From: a virus
Taxonomy: Duplodnaviria > Caudoviricetes
Length of the DNA stretch: 64,000 bases
Direction: 5' to 3' (one strand)
Virus record (IMG/VR): IMGVR_UViG_3300042268_000564
The notes beneath the pieces are model-generated. The model made no database searches and was not told the origin of the DNA. It was given only the letters and a program-made list of their open reading frames with translations. The position numbers and the translations under genes were made by a program. Positions 36,785-46,170 of this stretch are shown in pieces (the first letter of the stretch is position 1; the number at the start of each line of letters is the position of its first letter).

Positions 36785-37042
36785 ATGAAACCAAGACCAT
36801 TAACAAAAAAAGAACTTAAAGCAAGAGCTAATGGTTCGGCTGTTTTTGTAGTCTGTTTGGACAAAACTGCTTTCGCTGCCGACCCGATACAGGGATGGGG
36901 ATTGTTGAGGACTTCTTTGGTAAGGTTGTGGTATCACATGGACTTAATGGTTTTTGATTATCATTTCGAGGATTACGGCAAGTTGTGGGTGGCGTATGAT
37001 AGTTGTGTGGATGAATCTTTGTTGGGAGATTGGCGCAAGTGA
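36785..37042 (+). CDS. Hypothetical protein
   Basis: PLTKKELK..., DYGKLWVAY. Confidence 0.65.
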   Translation: MKPRPLTKKELKARANGSAVFVVCLDKTAFAADPIQGWGLLRTSLVRLWYHMDLMVFDYHFEDYGKLWVAYDSCVDESLLGDWRK

Positions 37043-37284
37043 GAGTAACTACTGGAGATGAAAAGCTCGTGCAAGCCTTTGAGTTGGCTTTTAATGCCTT
37101 CATACAAAGAGAATTTAATGGGAAAATCCTCAACGAAAAAACCTTAGAAGAGCTGAAAATTGCTACGAATATGTTTGCAACCAATTTTGAAAAAAGTATC
37201 GGCATGAAGATGCCGCAAATCATTATAAAACAAAATGGGCAAACAATAGAATTTACTATTGTAGAACCAAGAAGGAAGTTATGA
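37030..37284 (+). CDS. Hypothetical protein
   Basis: 84 aa in operon. Confidence 0.6.
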   Translation: MAQVRVTTGDEKLVQAFELAFNAFIQREFNGKILNEKTLEELKIATNMFATNFEKSIGMKMPQIIIKQNGQTIEFTIVEPRRKL

Positions 37285-37496
37285 CAGAAAGAATTTTTTG
37301 GGATTGCGACGGCAATGAGCTTAATGCTGGCGATGAAGTAATTTATGTGGACTCTGTTGGTAATGATATCAGCTTAAGACGTGGCACATTACTTCGTATT
37401 ACGGATTCAGGAAACTTGCAAATAGAATATCAAGACAAAAATTGCACTATCACAGCCACGAGACCTGTAAAAATGGTGATGAAAGCCAGAATTTAA
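37281..37496 (+). CDS. Hypothetical SH3-like protein
   Basis: DCDGNELNAGDEVIY. Confidence 0.6.
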   Translation: MTERIFWDCDGNELNAGDEVIYVDSVGNDISLRRGTLLRITDSGNLQIEYQDKNCTITATRPVKMVMKARI

Positions 37497-37651
37497 TGGA
37501 TTTTGATATTGAACTTGCTCAAGATTCGCTTAACAATAAACGAACAAAGACCAATCTCACTCCTGTAAAGCGTGAAGCTATTGCTTTTATGGCGTGCCGT
37601 GATGAATTTTATTTGTTGCAGCTTGAGTTGCATCGGTATAATAGGAATTAG
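37496..37651 (+). CDS. Small protein beginning MDFDIELA
   Basis: TAATG overlap with the previous stop. Confidence 0.5.
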   Translation: MDFDIELAQDSLNNKRTKTNLTPVKREAIAFMACRDEFYLLQLELHRYNRN

Positions 37652-37660
37652 AGAATACTG

Positions 37661-38719
37661 ATGATTCGACGAGTACAACTTAATATCAATTATGCAAATA
37701 ACGTGAAATTAACAACGTTAGACAGCTTTTTTGTTGAAGCTGCAAATGTTATTAATTTGTACATTGATAAATTATGGGTTAATCAAGATTTTAGTAGTAA
37801 ATTTGTAACCGAGAAAGTGGAGACTTGGCTATCAGCTAGGATGCAACAATGTCTTGGCAAGCAAGCTCTTGAAATCGTAAAATCTCAACGGAAAAAGAAG
37901 AAAAGAAGCAAGCCTGTTTTTCAACGAAAAACATTTAACTTAGACAGTAGATTCGTAAAAATAACACAAGATGTAAATAGTTTTGATATCTGGATTACAC
38001 TAACATCTATTGGCAACAAAATAAAATTAATATTGCCAAGTAAAAAACATCAACATTTTCATAAGTTTGATAAGTGGGAATTACAGAAATCAATCCGAGT
38101 TAGAAAAAATAATGATGGAAAATATTTCGTCGACGTTTACTTTAAAAAAGAAGAAAAAGTAAAAGAGACAGAAGGCGATGTAATCGGTTTAGATATTGGC
38201 TATAAAAAATTAATAACATGTTCTGATGGAAAATTTTATGGCGAAAATGTGGATGAAATTTATAATAAAATATCCCGAAAGAAACAAGGCAGCAAGGCTT
38301 TTAAACGAGCCTTGACCGAACGAGACAATAAAACAAATAAGATTGTAAATCAAATACAAATAGAGACTAGAAATATAAAAGAAATTGTAGTCGAAGATTT
38401 AAAGAATTTGAAACGTGGAACTAAGGGGCATCTTCGGAAGTCCTTTGTAAATAAGTTGCAGCGGTGGTCTTACGTAAATGTTTTGCGTAAATTATCGTGC
38501 ATGGCAGAAGAGTTAGGTTTTGTTTTAACTAAGATAAATCCTGCTTATACTAGCCAAAAATGCAGCAAATGTGGAGTGATTTGTAAAACAAACCGACAAG
38601 GTGAAAGTTACAAATGTGCTTGCGGTTTAGAGATGGATGCAGACTTAAATGCAGCTATTAATATTCTGCACTTGGGAATTTATAGTTCTCAAGCTTTATG
38701 TATGAAATTGCACAAATAA
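37661..38719 (+). mobile_element. tnpB: TnpB RNA-guided endonuclease (IS200/IS605 family), no adjacent TnpA
   Basis: RuvC residues in IGLDIG, VVEDL, DADLNAA; PAYTSQKCSKC Zn ribbon. Confidence 0.9.
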
Positions 38720-38782
38720 TAAATATTTGGCAAATTTTATGCAACTATGATAATCATAACGGAATTTTCAGGAGGATTTAAA

Positions 38783-39097
38783 ATGGACGTGATAGACGTA
38801 AAAGATTTTCAGAACGATGTTCTTAACCATAAAGGCTTGGTATTAGTAGATTTTTGGGCTACTTGGTGCGCACCTTGTCGACAAATGCACTCTGTCATGG
38901 AATTGCTGGCAGTAAAACATTCTGACGTTAAAATTGCCAAAGTAAATATCGAAGACCACCCAGAGCTTCCCAACACATACGGAGTAGCCTCTGTTCCAAC
39001 TTTTCTTTTGTTTAAAGACGGTGACGTAAAGGCGAGTCTTGTTGGTGTTAATCCTGCGGCAGTTTTTGAAAAGTTATTTGAAGATTGGAGAGAGTAA
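38783..39097 (+). CDS. trxA: Thioredoxin
   Basis: VLVDFWATWCAPC, VPTFLLFKDG; AGGAGG RBS. Confidence 0.92.
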   Translation: MDVIDVKDFQNDVLNHKGLVLVDFWATWCAPCRQMHSVMELLAVKHSDVKIAKVNIEDHPELPNTYGVASVPTFLLFKDGDVKASLVGVNPAAVFEKLFEDWRE

Positions 39098-39345
39098 TGC
39101 AGGATGGTAGATATTATTTCAGGCTTGACCGTGAAAAGATGGTTATGGAGCCTATAAAGTTTGAGAATTTTGGCGATATTTGTAAAGATGATATCGTAAT
39201 GTATGTCGATGTTGATGACTCTGTCACAGATAATCCTATGTTAAGTAGCACGCCATTATTCAAAGTGAATGATGTGGGCACTAATGAACAAGGTGAAAAA
39301 TATCTGCAATCAGACAGAGTTACACAATTCTTTGTTGATTTGTGA
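39097..39345 (+). CDS. Hypothetical protein
   Basis: TAATG-coupled. Confidence 0.6.
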   Translation: MQDGRYYFRLDREKMVMEPIKFENFGDICKDDIVMYVDVDDSVTDNPMLSSTPLFKVNDVGTNEQGEKYLQSDRVTQFFVDL

Positions 39346-40100
39346 TGATTGACCTATTGCATGGCGATTGTCTTGATGAAATGCATAAGATTCAAGACAA
39401 GTCTGTAGATTTCATTTGTTGCGACTTGCCTTACGGCGCAATCGCGCAGGAATGGGACAAGCAGATAGATATTGTCATGTTATGGGAACATTACAATAGA
39501 ATCCTTAAAAAAGATGGTACAATCGCATTATTCGGCTCACAGCCATTTACCACACAATTAATCGCAAGTAACTTAAAGGATTTCAAATATTGCTGGTATT
39601 GGATTAAGAATCAGGGAACCAATTTCTTTCATGCCAATAAAATGCCAATAAGAAAAGTCGAAGAAATATGCATATTCAAAAATGGTAAATATTTCCCTCA
39701 AAAAACAAAAGGGCACGAACCTACCAGAGCCGCAATAGGTTGCAGTAACGGGAACGCCTACCATGGTGATAATAAGCGGAATTATGAGGGTGGCGATACA
39801 ACAAGGATGCCGACGAATGTGTTGAGTTTCAAGTGTGTGGATAATTACAATCGGTTTCATGTGTCAGAAAAGCCTGTTGATTTGTTGAGATATTTGGTGA
39901 AAACATACACAAATGAAAATGATGTGGTGCTTGATAATTGCATGGGCAGTGGCTCTATGGGGGTTGCTTGTATTGAAACAGGACGGCGGTTTGTTGGGAT
40001 AGAACTGGAACAGGAATATTTCGCTATAGCATCTGATAGAATTAATAATGCTTACAGAGATAATTCTGTCGATTTTGAAGAGGTGGACATGTTCGAATGA
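39342..40100 (+). CDS. DNA methyltransferase, N6-A/N4-C beta class
   Basis: CDLPY, EKPVDLL, DNCMGSGS, FVGIE; ends EEVDMFE. Confidence 0.92.
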   Translation: MMIDLLHGDCLDEMHKIQDKSVDFICCDLPYGAIAQEWDKQIDIVMLWEHYNRILKKDGTIALFGSQPFTTQLIASNLKDFKYCWYWIKNQGTNFFHANKMPIRKVEEICIFKNGKYFPQKTKGHEPTRAAIGCSNGNAYHGDNKRNYEGGDTTRMPTNVLSFKCVDNYNRFHVSEKPVDLLRYLVKTYTNENDVVLDNCMGSGSMGVACIETGRRFVGIELEQEYFAIASDRINNAYRDNSVDFEEVDMFE

Positions 40101-40336
40101 GATATGAATTAAAGCCGCCGATTTACTTTGTAGGGCAAACAGTATTTTTTGTAGATAAAGCCACTAGAAAAAGAATTGAGCAACATGGCACAATAAGACA
40201 GGTTAAGACTAATTATTTCTTGCAAGATAGAGGGAAGGTTGTAAAAGGCGGACATGTTTATCTTATTAAGGCAGATGGGAAAGAAATTTGGGTCAGTGAA
40301 AATAACATTTTACGAGTAATATTATATGGGTGGTGA
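40097..40336 (+). CDS. Hypothetical SH3-like protein
   Basis: ATGA-coupled, 79 aa. Confidence 0.6.
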   Translation: MRYELKPPIYFVGQTVFFVDKATRKRIEQHGTIRQVKTNYFLQDRGKVVKGGHVYLIKADGKEIWVSENNILRVILYGW

Positions 40337-40811
40337 ACTAATGGATAAATGTCAACGATTCTTTGACTTGTATGTTGATGCAGATTTTGTAGCATGGCAA
40401 AAAGCATGTATGAAATACAAGAAAGCCCTGAATCGGTTCAACATTGCTGATTACACGTCTTACAATTCTTTCAAAGATTGGTCTGACGATTTGTCTGAAC
40501 TTGTGAATGAGATTATAAGAGCTAGGAAGCTTTATAAAAGATACCTCGGCAAGATTGTTTATGGCAAGAATTTAAACGAGATAACAACCTGTTACATCAT
40601 TGTAGGGATGAATTCAGTTGGAAACTTTGTATTGAGTGAGATTAACCGTCCTCATATTGTTAAGTGTGCTGATTACCTGTTGGCTTATTATGAGTTTTTT
40701 GATGCTGCTGGTTATCTTGCTGAATGGCGAAAAACATCTTTAGAAGAGTGTAAGCAGAGTATTGCCTATTTCAAAGATGCAGATGAAAAGTTCGAAGTGG
40801 AATTGGATTAA
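40326..40811 (+). CDS. Hypothetical protein
   Basis: 161 aa. Confidence 0.6.
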   Translation: MGGELMDKCQRFFDLYVDADFVAWQKACMKYKKALNRFNIADYTSYNSFKDWSDDLSELVNEIIRARKLYKRYLGKIVYGKNLNEITTCYIIVGMNSVGNFVLSEINRPHIVKCADYLLAYYEFFDAAGYLAEWRKTSLEECKQSIAYFKDADEKFEVELD

Positions 40812-41086
40812 ATTTTAGGATTGTGCTCACCTGAGCATGATATGCACATTCCGCTGATTGTGTTGCCTTTGTAAGTTCTTGTTCCACATTTGGAACAGTT
40901 TATAAAGTCTCCCTGACTGTTGACACCATAACACTTGTCAACGATTTCTTTAATATCCGGCCACATTAGTCCTGAGCCTTGTTTTGTAACTGATACTACC
41001 GCAACTATCATATCAAACATGGTTTCAGGCTTCTGGTCGTTCATAAAGGTTTTGATTGCGTTGGTTAGTTGTTCTTGTTTGGTCAT
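40808..41086 (-). CDS. Hypothetical protein with C-terminal Zn ribbon
   Basis: CSKCG...CISC; AAGGA RBS. Confidence 0.65.
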   Translation of the reverse strand: MTKQEQLTNAIKTFMNDQKPETMFDMIVAVVSVTKQGSGLMWPDIKEIVDKCYGVNSQGDFINCSKCGTRTYKGNTISGMCISCSGEHNPKI

Positions 41087-41142
41087 AGTAGTTCCTTATT
41101 TACGCACAAGCAGGTAAACCGTTCAAGCAAAGTTATAAAAAC

Positions 41143-42345
41143 TTAAACTTGTCTTTGTTCATGGGGGACGGTACGCACCCCACTCAAGAAACGATTGCGG
41201 ATATTCAGGCTCCCATTATAGTCAGCATCTAAAGATACATGACATTGTTCGCAATCATATCTTTCACCATTTCTTGATTCCTTGCAGATTGCTCCGCAAT
41301 TAGAACATATTTGACTCGTATACTCAGGCGCAACAAATGCAAGAAAAACACGGTTTTCCGCACATTTATTGGCTAATCGCCCGAATAAAAGTCTACTATT
41401 CCAGCTCCCCAAAGTTTTTCGATGTTCCTTGGAGGATTTGCCTCTTTTGCTCATGTGACGAACCTTGAGGTCTTCCAAAACAATAGCACAAACATCTTTC
41501 AAATCCAGCTTGTTTACTTGTTGTCCAATATAGTCTTTAATCTCGGCAATAGTCTGTTTTGAGTTTTTACTGCCACGTTTCCTGCGTTTTAACTTTTGGA
41601 TTTTGGCTTCTATGTCTCTACCCAAAAATTCACCTTCAGACGTTGACATCAGTTTCTTGATTCCAACGTCAATACCAACAACCTTGCCAGTTGCTTTAAT
41701 TTCAAGAGTTTCTTTTTCCAGAAACAAATTAACGTACAGTTTATTGTCTATTCTGCGTAGTTGTACAGAAGACTTAACTGCATATCCGCTGTTAATATGT
41801 CTGTTAAACAGAGCATGTTTCTTAGTTGGCAATAATAAAGAAATTCGATTGCCGAAGATAGAGCCTAGTCTTACAGCGAGGTCAAATATTTTCATTTTAT
41901 TGGGAGACAAATATATCGTAACAAGGTCACTATTCAGGTCTATCGAGTTCCCGTTAAAAACAGGAACTTTGACTCTATCTCGGAACTTTCTGTCTTTTGC
42001 CCATACAGACCATTTTTGAGCCGTAAGTGCTTGAAATTTATTTTTGCCTTTGGCATAAGCATATACTCGTTTGTAAGCCTGATAAATTCGTTTCTGGTTC
42101 TTGGCTTGGGTTGCCTTTATCATTTGAACGGCTTGACGATAGGCGCATTTTACGGCTTTGCCACACAACCAAGTCGTAACACGTCTCCACTGTGTTGCAT
42201 TGGCTTTTGAAACAAGCTTCTTTTCGTTCCAATATAGAGTGATAAATTCATTGACAACACGTTGATATTCAACAAACAGCGAATCTAAAAGTTCTCGTTT
42301 TTTCGCTGTTATGAACTTTAAACTGTGTTGTGTACGTTTTATCAT
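41143..42345 (-). mobile_element. tnpB: TnpB RNA-guided endonuclease (IS200/IS605 family), no adjacent TnpA
   Basis: VGIDVG, VLEDL, DADYNG; PEYTSQICSNC..CEQC. Confidence 0.9.
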
Positions 42346-42491
42346 TTTTCGGGGGTTTGCTTCTTTTGTTTTGCTAGATATTCTTCGCAGGCTCGACGAA
42401 TAACATCAGAAGTTGCAAGCCCTTTGGCTTGGGCGTGCTTCTTCAAGTCTTCCATTAGTGGTTCGGACAAATATATTTGAAATCTTTTCAT
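42342..42491 (-). CDS. CopG/ribbon-helix-helix DNA-binding protein (49 aa)
   Basis: Hand translation MKRFQIYLSEPLMEDLKKHAQAKGLATSDVIRRACEEYL...; stop overlaps the tnpB ATG; promoter TTGACA-N17-TATAAT at 42498-42526. Confidence 0.8.
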   Translation of the reverse strand: MKRFQIYLSEPLMEDLKKHAQAKGLATSDVIRRACEEYLAKQKKQTPEK

Positions 42492-42653
42492 GTCTTTATT
42501 ATACACCTATTCGGCGTATTTGTCAAAAACATACAAATATAATTTTACATAAAAATATTTAGCCATGTTTTAAGACCTTCTACGAATTTCACTACATCTT
42601 TCATTGTTGCTTCCATGTTCTCGGCTCCTTTTTGTTTTTATCTTTATACCTTA

Positions 42654-42681
42654 ATTATAATAAAACACAAAAAAATGTCAA
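42654..42681 (-). promoter_or_regulatory. Promoter TTGACA-N16-TATAAT
   Basis: Perfect hexamers on the minus strand. Confidence 0.75.
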
Positions 42682-42740
42682 GTAAGTTAGAAAAGTTTTT
42701 TCAAAGATATAATAGTAAAAAAGCGTGATGGAGATGCTAC

Positions 42741-44102
42741 ATGATTGAATGTAAAGATAGTTTAGAATTTTTGAAAGAACGCCAAGACTATGAGAATGAT
42801 ATAATTTTCGCAGACCCACCATATGCACTTGGCTCTGAGATAATGATAAGACCTGACGGTAAAGTAGATTACAAAAAAGCCGCTGATTTTATGGGCAAGT
42901 GGGATATGCCCACAGGTGATTGGTGGGAACAGTGGTTTAAAGAAGCTTTCAGAAGCTTAAAGCACGGTGGTTATTGTATCTTATATGGTGTAGACCGCCA
43001 GTTACTTCTTTTTAAGTATTATGCTGCTTTAGCAGGTTTCATAGAACAGCAGAGCCTTTATTGGGCGTTTCTTAGTAATTTCCCAAAATCGGTTGACTTG
43101 AGCAAGATGCTTGATAAACATTATGGCTGCGAGCGAGAGGTTATAGGCAAATGTTTTGATGGCAAAGGTTCTGATAGTGGCAGTGGAATCTATGCCATGA
43201 ATAATGGTGAATCGAACCTCGGAAAAGAATATGATATCACTGCCCCCTCTCATGAATTAGCAAAAAAATATGATGGTTATAAATACAGCATATCACCTCT
43301 AAAACAAACCAACGAAACTGTAATGGTCTTTCAAAAGCCATATAAATCAGGCTCTTGCTTGCACGATACGTTGGCTTATGAAAACGGCGACAATACTTGT
43401 TGTTGTGGTGCGTTAAATATTGATGGAAATAGAGTTGCTACTGATGAAGAGCTTGGCAGGCAACAGGATAAAAGTCCTTTACCGCCAGAAAAAGGGTTTA
43501 ATAATAATAGTATTGGTGGTAAGTTTCAGGCAGGAAATCCAGCAGGACGTTTCCCTGCACAAACCCTTGTTGACTCGAAAATGGCTAAAGCATTAGACAA
43601 TCAAACTGATTCGGCTGATGGTGCTTCAAAATTGTTGCATATTTGTGACTTTGAATCAGATGAGCTTGAGCTTTACTATTATGAACCAAAGGTAAGCAAG
43701 AATGAACGTGACGCAGGTCTGGAAGAACTCGACCCAACAAATGCTAATAGGAACAAAGCTGCTTTAACCGCAGTGGAGAACAGAGAAGCGTCAAGTAAAA
43801 ATCCACATCCAACATTGAAACCATTGTCTTTGAACTTCCGTATTTTGAGCCTGTTTAAAACGCCTAACCCGCAGCGAATTTGCTTCCCTTTTGCTGGCAG
43901 CGGCTCAGAGGTTATCGGGGGCATTAAGGCAGGCTTTACAGATTGGACGGCGTGTGAGCTTTCGCAGGAATATGTAGATATTGCGATGAAGCGTATTGAA
44001 TATTATTCAAAAGGTGCGCCGGAACGCAAGGTAATAAAAGCTGTTGATGCCGATGGTAATGAAAAGAAAGTTATCGTTGAGCAATTGGATATGTTTGAAT
44101 GA
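42741..44102 (+). CDS. DNA methyltransferase, N6-A/N4-C beta class
   Basis: FADPPY, NFPKS, GRFPAQ, HPTLKP, PFAGSGS; paralog of 17351..18775; ends EQLDMFE. Confidence 0.9.
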   Translation: MIECKDSLEFLKERQDYENDIIFADPPYALGSEIMIRPDGKVDYKKAADFMGKWDMPTGDWWEQWFKEAFRSLKHGGYCILYGVDRQLLLFKYYAALAGFIEQQSLYWAFLSNFPKSVDLSKMLDKHYGCEREVIGKCFDGKGSDSGSGIYAMNNGESNLGKEYDITAPSHELAKKYDGYKYSISPLKQTNETVMVFQKPYKSGSCLHDTLAYENGDNTCCCGALNIDGNRVATDEELGRQQDKSPLPPEKGFNNNSIGGKFQAGNPAGRFPAQTLVDSKMAKALDNQTDSADGASKLLHICDFESDELELYYYEPKVSKNERDAGLEELDPTNANRNKAALTAVENREASSKNPHPTLKPLSLNFRILSLFKTPNPQRICFPFAGSGSEVIGGIKAGFTDWTACELSQEYVDIAMKRIEYYSKGAPERKVIKAVDADGNEKKVIVEQLDMFE

Positions 44103-44860
44103 ATGCAATTTATCATGCTGATTGTTTTGAGATTTTCCCAAAAATTGAATCTCAATCAGTGCAATTAATCTTGTGCGATTTACCGTATAACACAACTCAA
44201 TGTTCATGGGATTGCATATTGCCTCTCGACAAACTCTGGCAAGAATATGAGCGGATTATAAAGCCTAATGGCGCAATTGTGTTAACGGCGGCTCAACCAT
44301 TCACCAGCGAGCTTGTAATGAGCAATAAAAAGCTTTTTAAATATGAATGGATTTGGCGCAAAACAAAAGCACAGCATTTTGCTCAGGCACCATATCGTCC
44401 CATGACGAACCATGAAAGTGTCTTGGTATTTTCCTTTGGCGGCACAGCTAAAAATGCTAATAATCGCATGAAATATAATCCGCAGGGAATTGTAAAATGC
44501 AATATTACTTGCAAAGGGAAAAAGGCTACGCATTCAGAACACCGCAGTAGGTTAACAGACCAAGATGATTATGTTCAGGAATACACTAATTATCCGAAAA
44601 CGGTGATTGATTTCGCAAATGAGGGGAAGACTATTCATCCGACACAGAAACCTCTTTCTTTATTCGAGTATATCATAGAAACATATACTGACGCAGATGA
44701 CTTGGTTCTTGATAATTGTGCAGGCTCGTTTACTACTGCTGTCGCCTGCATCAACACTGATAGACGATATATTTGCATAGAGAAAGAGCAAAGATATTTT
44801 GAACTTGGCAAAGAGCGGATTGATTCGCATGTTCGAGAATATGATATGTTTAGTGATTAA
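44099..44860 (+). CDS. DNA methyltransferase, N6-A/N4-C beta class
   Basis: CDLPY, HPTQKP, DNCAGS; ends REYDMFSD. Confidence 0.92.
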   Translation: MNAIYHADCFEIFPKIESQSVQLILCDLPYNTTQCSWDCILPLDKLWQEYERIIKPNGAIVLTAAQPFTSELVMSNKKLFKYEWIWRKTKAQHFAQAPYRPMTNHESVLVFSFGGTAKNANNRMKYNPQGIVKCNITCKGKKATHSEHRSRLTDQDDYVQEYTNYPKTVIDFANEGKTIHPTQKPLSLFEYIIETYTDADDLVLDNCAGSFTTAVACINTDRRYICIEKEQRYFELGKERIDSHVREYDMFSD

Positions 44861-45664
44861 ATGACAAAATTCCAATGGACACCAGAGCTGGAAGTAAAAG
44901 TCCTTGCCTTGAAAAAGCGAGGTTTAACTTTTGCTCAAATAGCGGCTGAAATAGGAACCACAGAGCGTAGTGCAAAACATAAGGTTAGACGCTTAAGACA
45001 AGCAATGAATCAAGATAGGTATAAACATACTGACGAGAAATTGAAGCAAATACAAATTGCAGGATTAACACCTTGCCGCCGGATTTTGGAAACTCACGCA
45101 GGGTTCGGTGGTTTAACAAGACATTATGCGCAGGTGGCAGCCACTGTGACAAGCATTGAAATAAAGCAGGAACGAATTGATGAGATAAAAGCTTTGAGCT
45201 TGCCTAATGTGGAGCTGATTAAAGGTGATTCTGAAGTTGAGATTTATCGTCTGTTGCACGAACGTAGGGTTTTTGATGTGATAGATGTTGACCCTTATGG
45301 TTTGCCAAGTCGATATTTCCCTCATATTTTTGGGTTGATTGATGACGGTATATTGTTCTTAACATTCCCTGTAATGGGTGTTGCGCAGATTAATAAGATG
45401 ACGATAGCTCATTATCGTGTTTTCTGGGGGATAGAATTATCTGACAAAGATGTTTATCTGGATAAAATAAAGGCAAGGCTTGCAGAATATGCGTTTATGC
45501 ACAAACGGCAAATAGAAATTCTTGATGAGAAGCGAATCAATAGAATCTACAGGCTGGCTATTCAGGTAAAGAAAACATCATTGCTCGACATGCTTGGGCT
45601 TAAGGTGAATCGGAATAAAAAGATTGTTACAAAACAATATGAAGAAATGGACATGTTTGACTAA
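44861..45664 (+). CDS. HTH-fused SAM-dependent methyltransferase-like protein
   Basis: N-terminal WTPE...GLTFAQIAAEIG HTH; LETHAGFGG motif I; FDVIDVDPYG; ends EEMDMFD. Confidence 0.7.
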   Translation: MTKFQWTPELEVKVLALKKRGLTFAQIAAEIGTTERSAKHKVRRLRQAMNQDRYKHTDEKLKQIQIAGLTPCRRILETHAGFGGLTRHYAQVAATVTSIEIKQERIDEIKALSLPNVELIKGDSEVEIYRLLHERRVFDVIDVDPYGLPSRYFPHIFGLIDDGILFLTFPVMGVAQINKMTIAHYRVFWGIELSDKDVYLDKIKARLAEYAFMHKRQIEILDEKRINRIYRLAIQVKKTSLLDMLGLKVNRNKKIVTKQYEEMDMFD

Positions 45665-46170
45665 TGGGAATAGGTAAAAACAACGACTTTACGAGTAAAA
45701 AAGTGGAATACAGCACGCCTCTAAGCTTGTTCGTCCCTTTGAAAGATGAATTTGATATTACGGTAGACGTGTGCGCTGATGAAACTAATTTTAAGTGTGA
45801 GACATATTTTAGTGTCGATGACGATGCTTTAAGGCAGGATTGGACAGGGAACTGCTGGATGAACCCCCCGTTTACAAAAGATTTGAATAAATGGGTACGT
45901 AAAGCAAGAAACGATGCGAATGAATTTGGCGGGACAAAGGTTTGTCTTGTTCCAGTCAGGTCGAACACAAAGTGGTGGGGTGAGGTAATTGAAGACGCGG
46001 AAGTTAGATTTATTATTGGCGAGGTAAATTTTAATGATGAGCCTAGAGGACTGTGGTTGCCAATGTGTATATTGATTTTCGGCGAAAAGGCAAAAGCGGG
46101 AAAGTTTTCTACCATTTATTATAAAAAAAACACGCAAGTTAAAAATAATGAAATGGACATGTTTGATTAA
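45664..46170 (+). CDS. Phage N6-adenine DNA methyltransferase (small phage Dam family)
   Basis: STPLSLF..L..EF, DVCA, DALRQDW, WMNPPF, LVPVRSNTKWW; ends NEMDMFD. Confidence 0.9.
   Translation: MGIGKNNDFTSKKVEYSTPLSLFVPLKDEFDITVDVCADETNFKCETYFSVDDDALRQDWTGNCWMNPPFTKDLNKWVRKARNDANEFGGTKVCLVPVRSNTKWWGEVIEDAEVRFIIGEVNFNDEPRGLWLPMCILIFGEKAKAGKFSTIYYKKNTQVKNNEMDMFD

Noticed and set aside
37626-38746. AGTTGCAT / ATGCAACT as terminal inverted repeats of the tnpB element
   Set aside because: Only 8 bp, and IS200/IS605 elements do not use terminal inverted repeats; could be chance.
37661-42345. TnpB genes as Cas12-type CRISPR effectors
   Set aside because: No repeat-spacer array or cas1/cas2 seen in the window.
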